From an uncultured Bacteroidales bacterium (GTDB lineage: Bacteria > Bacteroidota > Bacteroidia > Bacteroidales > UBA932), in the NCBI GenBank assembly GCA_947253655.1, contig CAMYAE010000005.1:5078-69077 (forward strand): 64,000 bases of DNA, written 5' to 3'. A program made the translations under genes and the position numbers. How positions within the stretch are numbered: the first letter of the stretch is position 1; each line of letters starts with the position of its first letter. The notes under the pieces were generated by a model. The model made no database searches, was not told where the DNA came from, and saw nothing but the letters and a program-made list of their open reading frames with translations. Positions 47,266 through 60,550 of this stretch are shown piece by piece.

Positions 47266-49070
47266 TCTCCGAATAATTCTGCTACATTGATTTGCTGCTC
47301 AATTTCTGTGCCTTCAGGTATTTCAAGCACGTAAGAGCCGTTTTTCAGCTTGAAGAATTTAACTTTCTCCGGTTGCCGGCGTCCCAAAAGAGACCCTGTG
47401 TCCACAAGACCGTTTCCGTTCCTGTCTTCCGTAAATCTGATTGAATATTTCCCTTTTTTCAGATAAGGAAAGGACAGGGAGGTGGCCGAGCCGATGTTAT
47501 AGCTTCTCAGCACATTATCCCTCTTTTCGTTCAGCAAATCCACTATATAAGTATAATTCACATTTTCAAGGTTTAGCGTTAGCGAACTCAAAGCATCATC
47601 TTTAGGCAGTGACACCTTGACTTCAGTACTGTCATTGTAGTAACCGTTAATATCCCTGAATTTTCTATGAGGTACCTTTAATCTATAATCATATCCTGTC
47701 TGGAATTTCCCCTCTGGACGCAATATATATTTTCTGAGGTTAAGAGTGTCCTGTTCGACCTTGAAATTCATCTTTGCCTCCTGCTGCCTCGGATTGACGG
47801 AGATCAGGCTCAGGGAATCGAACAACTCGTATATTAGAGGATATTTGAATTCAAAACGGAAGCCGTATTGCTCGATAAGCTCCGGGGTTGCATCTATTTG
47901 TATTACGCAAGTCGTGTCTTCATGCTTGATGTTCCGTCTGGAACTTTTAGACATAGATTTAGCCTTATCCTCCGTAAGCTTGAGGTGCTCGGTGAAAGGG
48001 GAGGGCTGTCCTGTAGAGTCTGTTTTGAGATAATCCACGAAAACGTGCAGAGTGTCGGGAATTCTCCTTCTGTCATTCACCCAAAGCTCCAGACTATCCT
48101 TTTCCCGGTTGAACTGAAGTATAAGATTCTTCGGTTTGACACCCCTGATCCACAAGGAATCGATTTTAGCGTCAGGGGCCATGAATGTAATATAGGCCGA
48201 CCTGCGGGATGTCCTTTGCTTGTTCACGATCATCTGTTTGACCGGTTTCTCCTTGAACATATAAAGCTCGTATTCGGATTTTCTGGACATGCAGCGGAAG
48301 GTGTCTTTCATGTCGTATTTTAGGAATTCCGTCAAGGTGTCATTGACTACCGTCTTAGGACGGATTATCGAATCAATGAATGCAATCCTGTCACTTTCGG
48401 GGTCATATATGTTATTGGAAGATTCATCCGTTATGGCAAATAGCCTGAAATCCGCATCGGCAATATTTCTCATGGAAAAAAATCCCCACTCGTCCGTTTT
48501 TACGGCGGCGGCGGGCCGGTGTTTGAAGATTGCAGAATCCGCCATGTCCCGATAGAGCATGACGGTAGCTCCTTTGACCGGCTTGAGGGTGTTACAATCC
48601 ATAACAGTACCGGTAATTCCCATTGAATCAATCTGACTGCCCGTTGAGAATACCAAGGTGTAGCCTGGGAACATATTGCCCTCATTGTTATCGGCCACGG
48701 CATTGGTAAGGTCGAGGGTGTATGTGGTGTTGGTGTCGAGGTCCGATTCAAAATAGACTATAAGCGTCTTGCCACGCATCTTGTATTTCGGTGTCTTCTC
48801 GAGCGGAGGAGAAAGAAAGATGCTCTTAGGATCCTTGACGGTGATATATTCGTTGAATGTAATATAAATTTTCGTGTTGTGAACCGGAACGTTCACAGTG
48901 CCCGGCAGAGGGCTGAGGCCGACAATCAGAGGAGGAATTGTGTCTTTCTTGCCGCCGCTCGGAGGCGTGGTGGTGTTGGCGCAGGATGGCGAAAAAAACA
49001 TCGACGCCAGCACAAAGGCTATCGGTATTGCCGGGAGGCAGCTAATTATTTTTTTCCTTATATTCTTCAT
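47262..49070 (-). CDS. Hypothetical lipoprotein with Ig-like/beta-sandwich repeats
   Basis: Signal peptide with SPSC lipobox-like cysteine, 602 aa, no catalytic motifs recognised. Confidence 0.35.
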   Translation of the reverse strand: MKNIRKKIISCLPAIPIAFVLASMFFSPSCANTTTPPSGGKKDTIPPLIVGLSPLPGTVNVPVHNTKIYITFNEYITVKDPKSIFLSPPLEKTPKYKMRGKTLIVYFESDLDTNTTYTLDLTNAVADNNEGNMFPGYTLVFSTGSQIDSMGITGTVMDCNTLKPVKGATVMLYRDMADSAIFKHRPAAAVKTDEWGFFSMRNIADADFRLFAITDESSNNIYDPESDRIAFIDSIIRPKTVVNDTLTEFLKYDMKDTFRCMSRKSEYELYMFKEKPVKQMIVNKQRTSRRSAYITFMAPDAKIDSLWIRGVKPKNLILQFNREKDSLELWVNDRRRIPDTLHVFVDYLKTDSTGQPSPFTEHLKLTEDKAKSMSKSSRRNIKHEDTTCVIQIDATPELIEQYGFRFEFKYPLIYELFDSLSLISVNPRQQEAKMNFKVEQDTLNLRKYILRPEGKFQTGYDYRLKVPHRKFRDINGYYNDSTEVKVSLPKDDALSSLTLNLENVNYTYIVDLLNEKRDNVLRSYNIGSATSLSFPYLKKGKYSIRFTEDRNGNGLVDTGSLLGRRQPEKVKFFKLKNGSYVLEIPEGTEIEQQINVAELFGE

Positions 49071-49071
49071 T

Positions 49072-51297
49072 TTATAAGTCTCTTCTCATTACGCTTTGGA
49101 TGCCGTCAATCGACTTCAGCCGGTTTATAATCGTCTCAAGTACAGCCTTGTTGTGCACGAACAGATCAATTTCTCCTTCTACAATATCCTCCTCAGCCCC
49201 AAGATTAAGTCTCCTCATGTTGACACCCATAACCAAGGATATTTCCCTTGTTATGTCATTCAGGAGTCCGATCCTATCTACACCTTTAATCGAAATCCTT
49301 ACAAGGAATGCCTGCTCTTCGGTGTCGTCCCATTTCGGCATTACTATCCAATCTCCGTGCTTGGAGGCAAAGCTTTCTGCCACGCCGCAAGACTTCTTAT
49401 GCACGGTGACCGTCCCGTCCGGAGACAGGAAACCAACGACTGCATCTCCGGCAATAGGATTACAGCAAGACGCCAACACATATTTATGGCTGTCAAAAGG
49501 AGAGTTTATCACAAAATTCGTCCTGTCATTGTTCTCTTTATCTGCCGGAACTGCCTGTCCCTCATTACTTAGATGATACCTCTCGGCAATTTCCATAATG
49601 ACTTCAAAGCTGATGAGGCCGAGGGCATAACGGAAATAAAGCTCCTCTATGTTTGTCAGGCCTAAATTGGCTATAACAAAGCGTTTTATCTTCTCATTTA
49701 TGCCTGTTCCGACTGATTTGAGTTTCTCGGTCAGAGACTTCTTTCCTGCAGCCACGAGTGTCTTTTTTTCAGGCCTGAAAAAGTCTATCACCATGTTTTT
49801 GGCGTGCCTTGTCTGTAGAAATTCCAACCATTCCCGTTTCGGGTGCTCCTTTTCGGCAGTAATTATTTCCACCTGATCTCCCGTCCGCAACACATAGGAC
49901 AGAGGAACTAATTTCATATTTACCTTTGCGGCGATAGCCTTGTTCCCGATTTCGGTGTGTATCTGATATGCGAAATCCAGGACTGTCGCGCCTTTCTGAA
50001 TTGACCTTTGCTCTCCCTTAGGGGTGAATACCACAATATCTCCCGCAACAAGGTCGTTATGTATAATATCAAGAAGTTCAAGGGCATTGACATCGGGACT
50101 GACAAGTATTTCCTTGACTTTTGACAGCCATTTGTCCATCTGACTGTCATTCTCTCCGACATATCCGTCTTTCTTGTAGGCCCAATGGGCGGCAATGCCT
50201 TTTTCGGCAATATCATCCATTCTTCTGGAGCGGATCTGCACTTCTATCCAAATGCCGGACACACTCATAAGAGTGCAGTGAAGTGCCTCATATCCATTGC
50301 TTTTCGGATGCTTCACCCAGTCCCTGACCCTGTCCGGCTTGTATCTGTATATCCCTGTAATTATTGAAAAAACGTGATAGCTCTGGTCCCTCTCGGTCTC
50401 TTTCAATGATGGGTCGGTGTTGAATACAATCCGCACGGCATACAGGTCATATACCTGTTCGAATGTAATATTCTTCGAGGTCATCTTGTGCCATATCGAG
50501 TACGGAGTCTTTACCCGCTTCTTGATTTCGAAATCAAAGCCGGCATTTGTCAATGCTTTTTCAATAGGCTTTATGAAACTGTCTATTTCTTTCTCTTTGT
50601 CAAGTATATTCCTGTTGATCTTGGCATTAATGTCATTATAGGCATCCGGCTCCTTATACCTCAGCCATATATTCTCCATTTCCGATTTGACTTCATACAG
50701 ACCTAACCTGTGGGCAAGCGGAATGAAGATGAACATTGTCTCGCTCAAAATCTTGTCCCTCTTGTATTCCGGCATGAACTCTATTGTCCTGCAATTATGC
50801 AGCCTGTCGGCCAATTTAATCAGCACGACTCTTGCATCATCGTTCAATGTCAGCAGGATACGCTTGAAATTTTCAGCCTGGGAGCTCTCCGTGTATTCCG
50901 AGTGATGATGCTTCCTGTCTTGGGTGTCGAGAACGTTCTTGATTTTGGTAAGACCGTCCACAAGCGAGGCAATCTTGTCTCCGAAGAGCCTCCTGATATC
51001 ATCAACGGTATAGTTGGTGTCTTCGACCACATCGTGCAGCAAGGCGGCTGTTATGGATTTGTATCCCAAGCCGATATTCTCTACGACAATCTTGGCTACG
51101 GCAATAGGGTGTATGATATATGGCTCACCCGATCTCCTGCGAATATTCTTGTGAGCCTCATTGGCGAACTCGAATGCTTTTTGTACGACTGCAAACTCCT
51201 CAGCGTCGGCACATCTTTTCCTGGCTATCACCTCCAGGTCCGCATACTCTCTGGCTATAACTTCGTAATCCCTCTTGGTAAATTCTGAAAAGCTCAT
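49072..51297 (-). CDS. rel: Bifunctional (p)ppGpp synthetase/hydrolase (RelA/SpoT family)
   Basis: HD hydrolase (HPIAVAKIV...LLHDVVEDT), synthetase core, TGS and ACT regions, 741 aa. Confidence 0.9.
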   Translation of the reverse strand: MSFSEFTKRDYEVIAREYADLEVIARKRCADAEEFAVVQKAFEFANEAHKNIRRRSGEPYIIHPIAVAKIVVENIGLGYKSITAALLHDVVEDTNYTVDDIRRLFGDKIASLVDGLTKIKNVLDTQDRKHHHSEYTESSQAENFKRILLTLNDDARVVLIKLADRLHNCRTIEFMPEYKRDKILSETMFIFIPLAHRLGLYEVKSEMENIWLRYKEPDAYNDINAKINRNILDKEKEIDSFIKPIEKALTNAGFDFEIKKRVKTPYSIWHKMTSKNITFEQVYDLYAVRIVFNTDPSLKETERDQSYHVFSIITGIYRYKPDRVRDWVKHPKSNGYEALHCTLMSVSGIWIEVQIRSRRMDDIAEKGIAAHWAYKKDGYVGENDSQMDKWLSKVKEILVSPDVNALELLDIIHNDLVAGDIVVFTPKGEQRSIQKGATVLDFAYQIHTEIGNKAIAAKVNMKLVPLSYVLRTGDQVEIITAEKEHPKREWLEFLQTRHAKNMVIDFFRPEKKTLVAAGKKSLTEKLKSVGTGINEKIKRFVIANLGLTNIEELYFRYALGLISFEVIMEIAERYHLSNEGQAVPADKENNDRTNFVINSPFDSHKYVLASCCNPIAGDAVVGFLSPDGTVTVHKKSCGVAESFASKHGDWIVMPKWDDTEEQAFLVRISIKGVDRIGLLNDITREISLVMGVNMRRLNLGAEEDIVEGEIDLFVHNKAVLETIINRLKSIDGIQSVMRRDL

Positions 51298-52223
51298 ATC
51301 AGTTCGGTTTCAATTTCGTCAATTCTCTGGAACGAGTATGAGAACTGCGCTCCGTATAATATAATAAGCCACCCGAATCTCAACCATAGCATGAAAAGAG
51401 GAATGGCTGCCACTGTGCCGTAGACAGCGTTTATTCTGGTGACAAGCAACTGCGTTTCCAGATAAAGATATTGCAATATGGTAAAGGCTATTCCTGCCAG
51501 AATGGCTGCCTTTAATGCGTTGCGGTACCTGACTTCCGTAGCCGGTATGAATTTATACATAGCCGACAATGTCAATATAGCCACTGCACAGAATATCAGC
51601 CAGCCGATAAATGAAATAATGGCGTCTGTGATGCCAATACTGTTGGGAATCAGGTCGAGAACGTGGGAATAGACGATAGAGCCGGTAAAGAATATCAATA
51701 TCACGAAAGGCGAAATAAGCATTATTATTATGTCTATTCCGAAACTCTTGATGAATTTTCTCTGCGGCTTGTCCACTTTCCACACATTGTTGAACACGGT
51801 CTCCACCCTCATCATCATCCATATTACAAGCCATACGAACATCAGCGCACTGATAAGTCCGAACAGACCGGCCTGTGCGGATTCTATGATATTGTCGGCG
51901 GCATTCATGAGCATATCAATAAGCCTCTGGTCAATATCGGATGAGTAGAGAATGTCGGTCAGCTTGTTTGCAAGCCCGAAGCCGCCCGTTACGGCAAACG
52001 CTACTGCAACGAAAGGTACGGCCGCCATGGTGCAGAAATAGCTTAAGGCCACCGACTGGAAACCGATTTTCTGTTCCCTGAAAGTCTTTAAGGCAATCAG
52101 TATGACCTGAGTGTCCCTTACCAGCCTCGCCTTTGCTTTGGAAAGCTCATCCAAATTCAAATGCCATACATCCTCCGAAAGGAACTTCTTAAGCCTGTAT
52201 ATGTATTCTTTTGCTTTCTTCAT
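51294..52223 (-). CDS. yihY: YihY/BrkB-family inner-membrane protein
   Basis: Six TM helices, 309 aa, family-typical N-terminus. Confidence 0.65.
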   Translation of the reverse strand: MKKAKEYIYRLKKFLSEDVWHLNLDELSKAKARLVRDTQVILIALKTFREQKIGFQSVALSYFCTMAAVPFVAVAFAVTGGFGLANKLTDILYSSDIDQRLIDMLMNAADNIIESAQAGLFGLISALMFVWLVIWMMMRVETVFNNVWKVDKPQRKFIKSFGIDIIIMLISPFVILIFFTGSIVYSHVLDLIPNSIGITDAIISFIGWLIFCAVAILTLSAMYKFIPATEVRYRNALKAAILAGIAFTILQYLYLETQLLVTRINAVYGTVAAIPLFMLWLRFGWLIILYGAQFSYSFQRIDEIETELI

Positions 52224-52229
52224 CCCGTA

Positions 52230-54308
<2,079 letters not shown>

Positions 54309-54454
54309 TTAAAGTCTACAATCTTACAAATTTAACTCTTTTTTCGTGGATATTCTGTGGAAAATAGATAATTTTGCAATTGGAATCCTATTAGCCGGGA
54401 AAATTGACCGGCAGAATGAACTTTAACGTTAAACTTTAAAATCAGAATTATTAT

Positions 54455-55684
54455 ATGAAAGATGCAATTATTATCCTCTGCGGCGGCGGTCCTGCACCCG
54501 GTATGAACACGGTTGTCTGCTCAGTAGCAAAAACATTCTTGTCAAACGGATTTCGCGTTATCGGCCTGCACGGTGGATATTCCGGACTTTTCAGCAAGTC
54601 TCCGAGAACGGAGGAACTCGATTTCTTAAAGGCAGACGCCTATTTCAACAGAGGTGGTTCCTATCTCCAGATGAGCCGTTTCAAGCCTACGGACGCTGAT
54701 TTTGAGAACAATTTCAACCTGTCGCTGTTCCAGGACAATAATGTTAAGCTCCTTGTTACTGTCGGTGGGGACGATACGGCTTCCACTGCAAACAGGATTG
54801 CTAAATTCCTTGAACTCAAGAAATATCCGATTCGCAACATTCATGTTCCGAAAACGATTGACAACGACCTTCCTTTGCCGAATAACGCTCCTACTTTCGG
54901 TTTCAATTCAGCCAAGGACGAAGGTGCCCACATTGCCAAGACAATCTATGAGGATGCACGCACATCCGGCAACTGGCTTATAATTTCCGCAATGGGACGT
55001 TCGGCCGGCCACCTTGCTCTCGGCATAGGCGAGGCTACTCATTGTCCTATGACAATCATACCGGAAATGTTCAACAAAACGGAAATATCAATAGATAAGA
55101 TAATCAAGCTCACCTTGTCAGCCATTATCAAGAGGATGATTTTAGGGATTGAGTACGGCACTGTTGTCGTTGCCGAAGGTGTATTCCATGACCTGGATCC
55201 TGAAGACCTGAAGTCAACCGGCGTCCACATGACATACGACGAGCATGGACATCCGGAACTTGGAAAAATATCCAAGGCAGTCATGTTCAACGACATACTT
55301 GACAAAGAATTCCAAAAGTTAGGGCTGAAAGTCAAGACCCGTCCGGTGGAAATAGGCTATGATGTCCGTTGTCAGGACCCTATAGCTTATGACCTTACTT
55401 ATTGCACGGAGCTTGCAATGGGAGTCTACGAACTTTATGAAAAGGGAGAGACCGGATGTATGGTTTATGTTGATGCTAACGGAGATTCGCATCCTCTATA
55501 CCTGAAAGATCTTCAGAATGCCGAGGGCAAGATCCCTCCGAGACGGGTGAACATCAACGGTGGCATAGCACGGAATTATTTCCAATATATCTGCAATTTT
55601 GTCACGCCGGACGATTACGAAGCCGCAAAGGCTTATGTCGGAAATCCGGAGGCATATGATCTCAAGAAGATTCTTAACTGGTAA
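54455..55684 (+). CDS. pfp: 6-phosphofructokinase, probably pyrophosphate-dependent (PPi-PFK)
   Basis: GGGPAPGMN, GGDDT (Asp at the ATP/PPi discriminating position), MGR, TIDNDL. Confidence 0.6.
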   Translation: MKDAIIILCGGGPAPGMNTVVCSVAKTFLSNGFRVIGLHGGYSGLFSKSPRTEELDFLKADAYFNRGGSYLQMSRFKPTDADFENNFNLSLFQDNNVKLLVTVGGDDTASTANRIAKFLELKKYPIRNIHVPKTIDNDLPLPNNAPTFGFNSAKDEGAHIAKTIYEDARTSGNWLIISAMGRSAGHLALGIGEATHCPMTIIPEMFNKTEISIDKIIKLTLSAIIKRMILGIEYGTVVVAEGVFHDLDPEDLKSTGVHMTYDEHGHPELGKISKAVMFNDILDKEFQKLGLKVKTRPVEIGYDVRCQDPIAYDLTYCTELAMGVYELYEKGETGCMVYVDANGDSHPLYLKDLQNAEGKIPPRRVNINGGIARNYFQYICNFVTPDDYEAAKAYVGNPEAYDLKKILNW

Positions 55685-55819
55685 TTTGCCCATAAGGCTA
55701 TAATGGCCTGACCGGCTATTTGCTATTCGCCGGTGGTGTGTCCTCTTATTTGGTTATGACATGCCGCCGGCTATTATTTTGGCACGAAAGTTTCATATTG
55801 GATTTGAAACTCGCATTTT

Positions 55820-57457
55820 ATGTCAAAACCGATAATTTACCAGATACTTCCCCGGCTCTGGGGCAACACAGTTGAAAATCCTGTCAAAAACGGAGATATA
55901 GGCCGTAACGGAACAGGCAAATTCGAAAATATAGACACCGCGACCCTTGCATATCTTAAGGATATGGGCATATCCCATATCTGGTTTACCGGGATTATAA
56001 GGCACGCTACAGCATGCAACGCCTCCGGCTGTGAAACCTCTTCGCCGGACTGGATAAAAGGCAAAGCCGGCTCTCCGTATGCGATAACGGATTATTTTGA
56101 TGTCAACCCCTATCTTGCCGCAAATCCGGAAAACAGAATGGAAGAGTTCTGCGATATGATAGATCGTACTCATTCCGCCGGTCTTAAAGCCATTATCGAT
56201 TTTGTCCCGAATCATGTTGCCAGAGACTATGGCAGGTTTTCTCCCAAACCGATAATTGACGGGCGGGACGCTAACGGGCATCCTGTACTCGGTATCTTGG
56301 ATGATAAAAACCAGTTGTGGACCGAGACCAATGATTTCTTCTACTATCCGGGACAAGCCCTGAAACTTCCGGTTGCAAGACAGAAATATGAGGAAATTCC
56401 GGCTATGGCCTCCGGGAATGCCTATACCCCTGAGCCGACAGCTAACGATTGGTATGATACCATAAAGCTAAATTATTGCGACAACCATACACAGACTTGG
56501 GACAAGATGTACGAGGCCGTACGGTTTTGGGCACAGCAAGGCATTGACGGTTTCAGATGCGATATGGTGGAGCTTGTGCCAAAACCTTTCCTCAAATGGA
56601 TGATAAAGCGTATCAAAGAGGAATTTCCCGACATCATTTTTATTGCCGAGGTCTATCAGAAAGCCTCTTACAGGACTTATGTCAAGGATGTAGGTTTTGA
56701 TTATCTGTACGACAAGTCCGGGCTGTATGATGCACTGCACGACATCGTCAGAAAAAATGTGGATGACAGCTGGGAGCCGGTGGAAGCCTGGCAATCGACA
56801 AGGAGGATAACTTGGAATTGGCAGGCTCTCGGTGACTTGCAGCCCTATATGCTGAATTTTCTGGAAAACCACGATGAGGTGCGTTTTGCATCGGATTTCT
56901 TAGGGAAAAATGCTGCCAACTCAATCCCGGCTCTTTATGTTTCCTTGTTCTTCAACACATCTCCATTCATGTTGTATTTCGGCCAGGAGGTGGGGGAGAG
57001 AGGAATGGACGAGGAGGGCTTCTGCGGCCTTAACGGGAGGACATCGATTTTTGACTGGTGGAGCGTGGGAAGCTTAAGACGTCTCTACAATACAATACAC
57101 GGCAAGGACGAGCTGTCGGATTTGGAAAAGTCAATATGGAACGAATACAGGCAGGCCATTGCTTTTGCTGCATCGGAACGTGCCGTCAATTCCGGGGACA
57201 CTTACGACCTGTGCTATTGCAATGTCTCTTCGGACGGCTTTGATAAAGACAGGCATTTCGCGTTTCTGCGAGATTACGAGGATGACACATGGCTCTTTGT
57301 AGCGAACTTCTCGGCAAGGGCTTCGGACATAATTATAACAATACCTGAACATGCTTTCGAATGGTTAGGCCTTGCCCAGACTTCGGAATTGAACAAGGAC
57401 ACGCCTATAAAGATTCACGTGGATGCAATGAGCGGTACAAAGCTGCGTATTTCATAG
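55820..57457 (+). CDS. GH13 alpha-amylase-family glycoside hydrolase
   Basis: DFVPNHV, GFRCDMVELVP, FLENHDEVR conserved GH13 regions. Confidence 0.65.
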   Translation: MSKPIIYQILPRLWGNTVENPVKNGDIGRNGTGKFENIDTATLAYLKDMGISHIWFTGIIRHATACNASGCETSSPDWIKGKAGSPYAITDYFDVNPYLAANPENRMEEFCDMIDRTHSAGLKAIIDFVPNHVARDYGRFSPKPIIDGRDANGHPVLGILDDKNQLWTETNDFFYYPGQALKLPVARQKYEEIPAMASGNAYTPEPTANDWYDTIKLNYCDNHTQTWDKMYEAVRFWAQQGIDGFRCDMVELVPKPFLKWMIKRIKEEFPDIIFIAEVYQKASYRTYVKDVGFDYLYDKSGLYDALHDIVRKNVDDSWEPVEAWQSTRRITWNWQALGDLQPYMLNFLENHDEVRFASDFLGKNAANSIPALYVSLFFNTSPFMLYFGQEVGERGMDEEGFCGLNGRTSIFDWWSVGSLRRLYNTIHGKDELSDLEKSIWNEYRQAIAFAASERAVNSGDTYDLCYCNVSSDGFDKDRHFAFLRDYEDDTWLFVANFSARASDIIITIPEHAFEWLGLAQTSELNKDTPIKIHVDAMSGTKLRIS

Positions 57458-57485
57458 GGAGAATTCAGGACTCCGGACGAGTACG

Positions 57486-58250
57486 CTATCGTCCTCGCCT
57501 TCTGAACTCAGCTACTGTGATTGCCGTCGCTACTGCTGCATTAAGCGACTCAGAGCCGGTGTTTCCGTCAGGATAAGGAGGAATATACAGCCTTGAACCG
57601 ACTTTCTTTTCCATTTTAGCAGATATGCCATTGGCCTCATTTCCTATTACTACCACGACCGGAGCCTTATCCCCTGTCTGCAAATCGGTATCATAGATAT
57701 TGTCGCCGTCCAAAAATGTCCCGTACACAATTCCTCCGGAATTTATTGCAAGATCCGCAAAACGCTCCAGATTGGCATAGGCGAAGCGGACTCTGAAAAT
57801 TGCCCCCATAGTGGACTGGACAGTCTTGGGATTATACAAATCCACGGTGTCAGGAGTTGCGAATATACCGTCTATGCCGAACCAGTCTGCAATTCTGAGT
57901 ATTGTGCCCAAATTGCCGGGATCTCTGATAGAATCCAATGCGAGATATAGGCCTTTGGCCGGACGGGCCACTTGGGCCTCATCAGTTTCGTCCTGCGACG
58001 GCTTTTTCACTACGGCCAATACCGGCGAGGGGGTAGACAGCAGGCTTATCTTTTTCATCATTTCCTCACCTATTTCAGAGCTGCGGTATATTTTCTCTAC
58101 ATGGAAACCGGACTTCATGGCTTCTGCGACCAATTTATCGCCCTCAACCGTAAAAAGTCCCAAAGAGTCCCTGAATTTTTTCATAGACAAGGACCTGACA
58201 AGTTTTATTTCGCTGTTTGATATGCCCATCGCATTTTTGTTGTCTTGCAA
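57486..58250 (-). CDS. TrmH/SpoU-family RNA 2'-O-methyltransferase
   Basis: LDSIRDPGNLGTILRIADWFGI, VVVIGNEANGIS. Confidence 0.7.
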   Translation of the reverse strand: MQDNKNAMGISNSEIKLVRSLSMKKFRDSLGLFTVEGDKLVAEAMKSGFHVEKIYRSSEIGEEMMKKISLLSTPSPVLAVVKKPSQDETDEAQVARPAKGLYLALDSIRDPGNLGTILRIADWFGIDGIFATPDTVDLYNPKTVQSTMGAIFRVRFAYANLERFADLAINSGGIVYGTFLDGDNIYDTDLQTGDKAPVVVVIGNEANGISAKMEKKVGSRLYIPPYPDGNTGSESLNAAVATAITVAEFRRRGR

Positions 58251-58366
58251 ACTTACGGAAAATCTTTCGTTTTTATGCCCGACAGGTTAAAAATCGGTTA
58301 TAATTGTCAGAGCATGCAGAAAAATTTGAGAATGTCGCCTTAAAAAGATAAATTTGTAAGATAGGA

Positions 58367-60550
58367 ATGAGCAGGATATTTTCATATATATTCATAGTTG
58401 CGGCAATTTTGTTTGCCGTTGTTTCTTGCAGCACGACAAGGGTCCTGGCAGACGGCCAGTACAGGCTTGCCGAAAACACTATTGAGGTTGAAAAAGGCGG
58501 TAAACTCAAAACCAACCGGCTCATGCCATACGTCAAGCAGAAAGCCAAGAGCTGGAGCCCGATGATGTGTGTCTACAACTGGTCCGGAAGAAAGGAGACA
58601 GGGACATGGAATAGATTTGTAAGGAAAATAGGCATAGCTCCCGTAATATACGATCCGGATATGGTTGCTCCTTCTGTTGAAAATATCAAGCGACATCTGG
58701 AGTATATCGGCTATTACAATTCGACAGTTGATTCAAAGGTGGAGGTGAAGCGTCGCAAAGTAAAGGTAATATATACGATAAAGCCGGGAAGACGCTATCC
58801 CATAGATAAGCTTGATTTCTCAGTGTCTCAGGACAATCCGGAATTCGCAAAGGATTTTTACAGACATATATCCGAAGTCGGAATACGTCAGGGAGACTAT
58901 CTGTCGGAAGCTGCCCTTGAGGCCGAGATTGCAAGGTCTTCAGCCGCCATGCGAAGCCTTGGCTACTACGGCTTTTCAAAGAACTATTATTCCTTTGAAG
59001 CCGACACCCTCACCAAGCCGGGATTTGCAATATTGGAAATGAAGGTGAACAACTATACGAGGAATGAATCGCCGGAGGATGCCGTAACTTTCAGGAAATA
59101 CACTTTCGGTGATGTGGATATAACCTATCCTGCAAACCTCAAAATAAGGAATAATGTTCTGTATCATCTGAATTCCATAACACCGGGCATCCAATATAGT
59201 GAGGTTGCCGTGAACAATACCTATAACCGCCTGTCAGCACTGAGGATGTTCAGCAGTGTGAATATAGAATTGAGCGATGACAAATCCGACAAGATATATA
59301 CGAAAATAAGTCTTACACCGTCGAAGTTACAGGGCTTCAAGCTGAATATGGAGGCTTCCTCCAATTCCTCCGGCCTTTTAGGACTGTCTCCGGAGGTGTC
59401 TTTCTATCATAAGAATATATTTCATGGAGGAGAGTGGCTTAACTTAGGATTTAAAGGCAATTTCCAGTTCAAGCCGAACACCAATATACGTTCCACTGAA
59501 TTCGGGGTCTCCGCAGGGCTAAGCCTGCCCAAATTCGTGTTTTTGCCTTACAGCCTGTTCAAGAAAGCCATTCCGCGTACTGACATCAAAGCTTCATATA
59601 ATTACCAGAATCGGCCTGAATATCGTAGGAATATCATATCAACATCTTTCGGCTATGCCGGAGTCCATAAGAAACTGTATTATCAGGTATATCCTATCCA
59701 GCTGAATATAGTTCATCTGTTCAAAATCGACGGAAATTTCTATTCCTCTTTGGAGAAAAACCCTTTTATGAGGAATGCCTATCAGGACCACTTTGACTTG
59801 GGCTTAGGCGGACAGTTATATTACACCACAAATGCAAGTCCGAACCCGAAGACCACCTATCACTATGTCGCCCTGCAATTCAATGTGGCCGGAAATGCAC
59901 TTAGTGCCTTTAAGCCATTAATGGGGAAAGATGAGTTCGGATCGGGAATGATATGGAACACACCATATTCCCAATATGTCAGGGGAGAACTGATGTTGGG
60001 CAGGACATGGAGGTTCGGCAAGGAGGACAAGCATTCTTTCGCCACAAGGATTGTGGCAGGAGCCGGCTATGCCTACGGCAATTCGACCGTTTTGCCGTTT
60101 GAGCAACATTTCTATGTCGGAGGAGCAAACAGCCTTAGGGGCTGGCAGGCAAGGGGAGTGGGACCGGGACTTTCCAAAAGGGATACTACATTCGTTATAC
60201 CTAACCAGACAGGAGATATGAGGCTTGAAGCCAATATGGAATATCGTTACCCCCTGTTCTGGAAAGTGGAAGGGGCTGCTTTCATAGATTTAGGCAATGT
60301 ATGGACACTTAAAAAAGGTACCGAATCGGACAGCGAAAAGGCTCGTATCTCTCAAAACACACTTTGGGAGGGTCTTGCGGCTGACTGGGGCTTGGGAATA
60401 AGACTTGATCTGAACTTCATCCTGCTTCGTCTGGATTTCGGCTTTCAGATGTATGATCCATCGGAAGGTGCAGGAGACCGTTGGCAAGGTCCTAAAAATT
60501 GGTTTTCAGGCAAAAACGCCTTTCATTTCGGTGTAGGCTATCCTTTCTGA
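58367..60550 (+). CDS. Omp85 (BamA/TamA)-family outer-membrane protein
   Basis: Signal peptide, POTRA-like N-terminal region, beta-barrel ending in ...FHFGVGYPF (C-terminal Phe). Confidence 0.5.
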   Translation: MSRIFSYIFIVAAILFAVVSCSTTRVLADGQYRLAENTIEVEKGGKLKTNRLMPYVKQKAKSWSPMMCVYNWSGRKETGTWNRFVRKIGIAPVIYDPDMVAPSVENIKRHLEYIGYYNSTVDSKVEVKRRKVKVIYTIKPGRRYPIDKLDFSVSQDNPEFAKDFYRHISEVGIRQGDYLSEAALEAEIARSSAAMRSLGYYGFSKNYYSFEADTLTKPGFAILEMKVNNYTRNESPEDAVTFRKYTFGDVDITYPANLKIRNNVLYHLNSITPGIQYSEVAVNNTYNRLSALRMFSSVNIELSDDKSDKIYTKISLTPSKLQGFKLNMEASSNSSGLLGLSPEVSFYHKNIFHGGEWLNLGFKGNFQFKPNTNIRSTEFGVSAGLSLPKFVFLPYSLFKKAIPRTDIKASYNYQNRPEYRRNIISTSFGYAGVHKKLYYQVYPIQLNIVHLFKIDGNFYSSLEKNPFMRNAYQDHFDLGLGGQLYYTTNASPNPKTTYHYVALQFNVAGNALSAFKPLMGKDEFGSGMIWNTPYSQYVRGELMLGRTWRFGKEDKHSFATRIVAGAGYAYGNSTVLPFEQHFYVGGANSLRGWQARGVGPGLSKRDTTFVIPNQTGDMRLEANMEYRYPLFWKVEGAAFIDLGNVWTLKKGTESDSEKARISQNTLWEGLAADWGLGIRLDLNFILLRLDFGFQMYDPSEGAGDRWQGPKNWFSGKNAFHFGVGYPF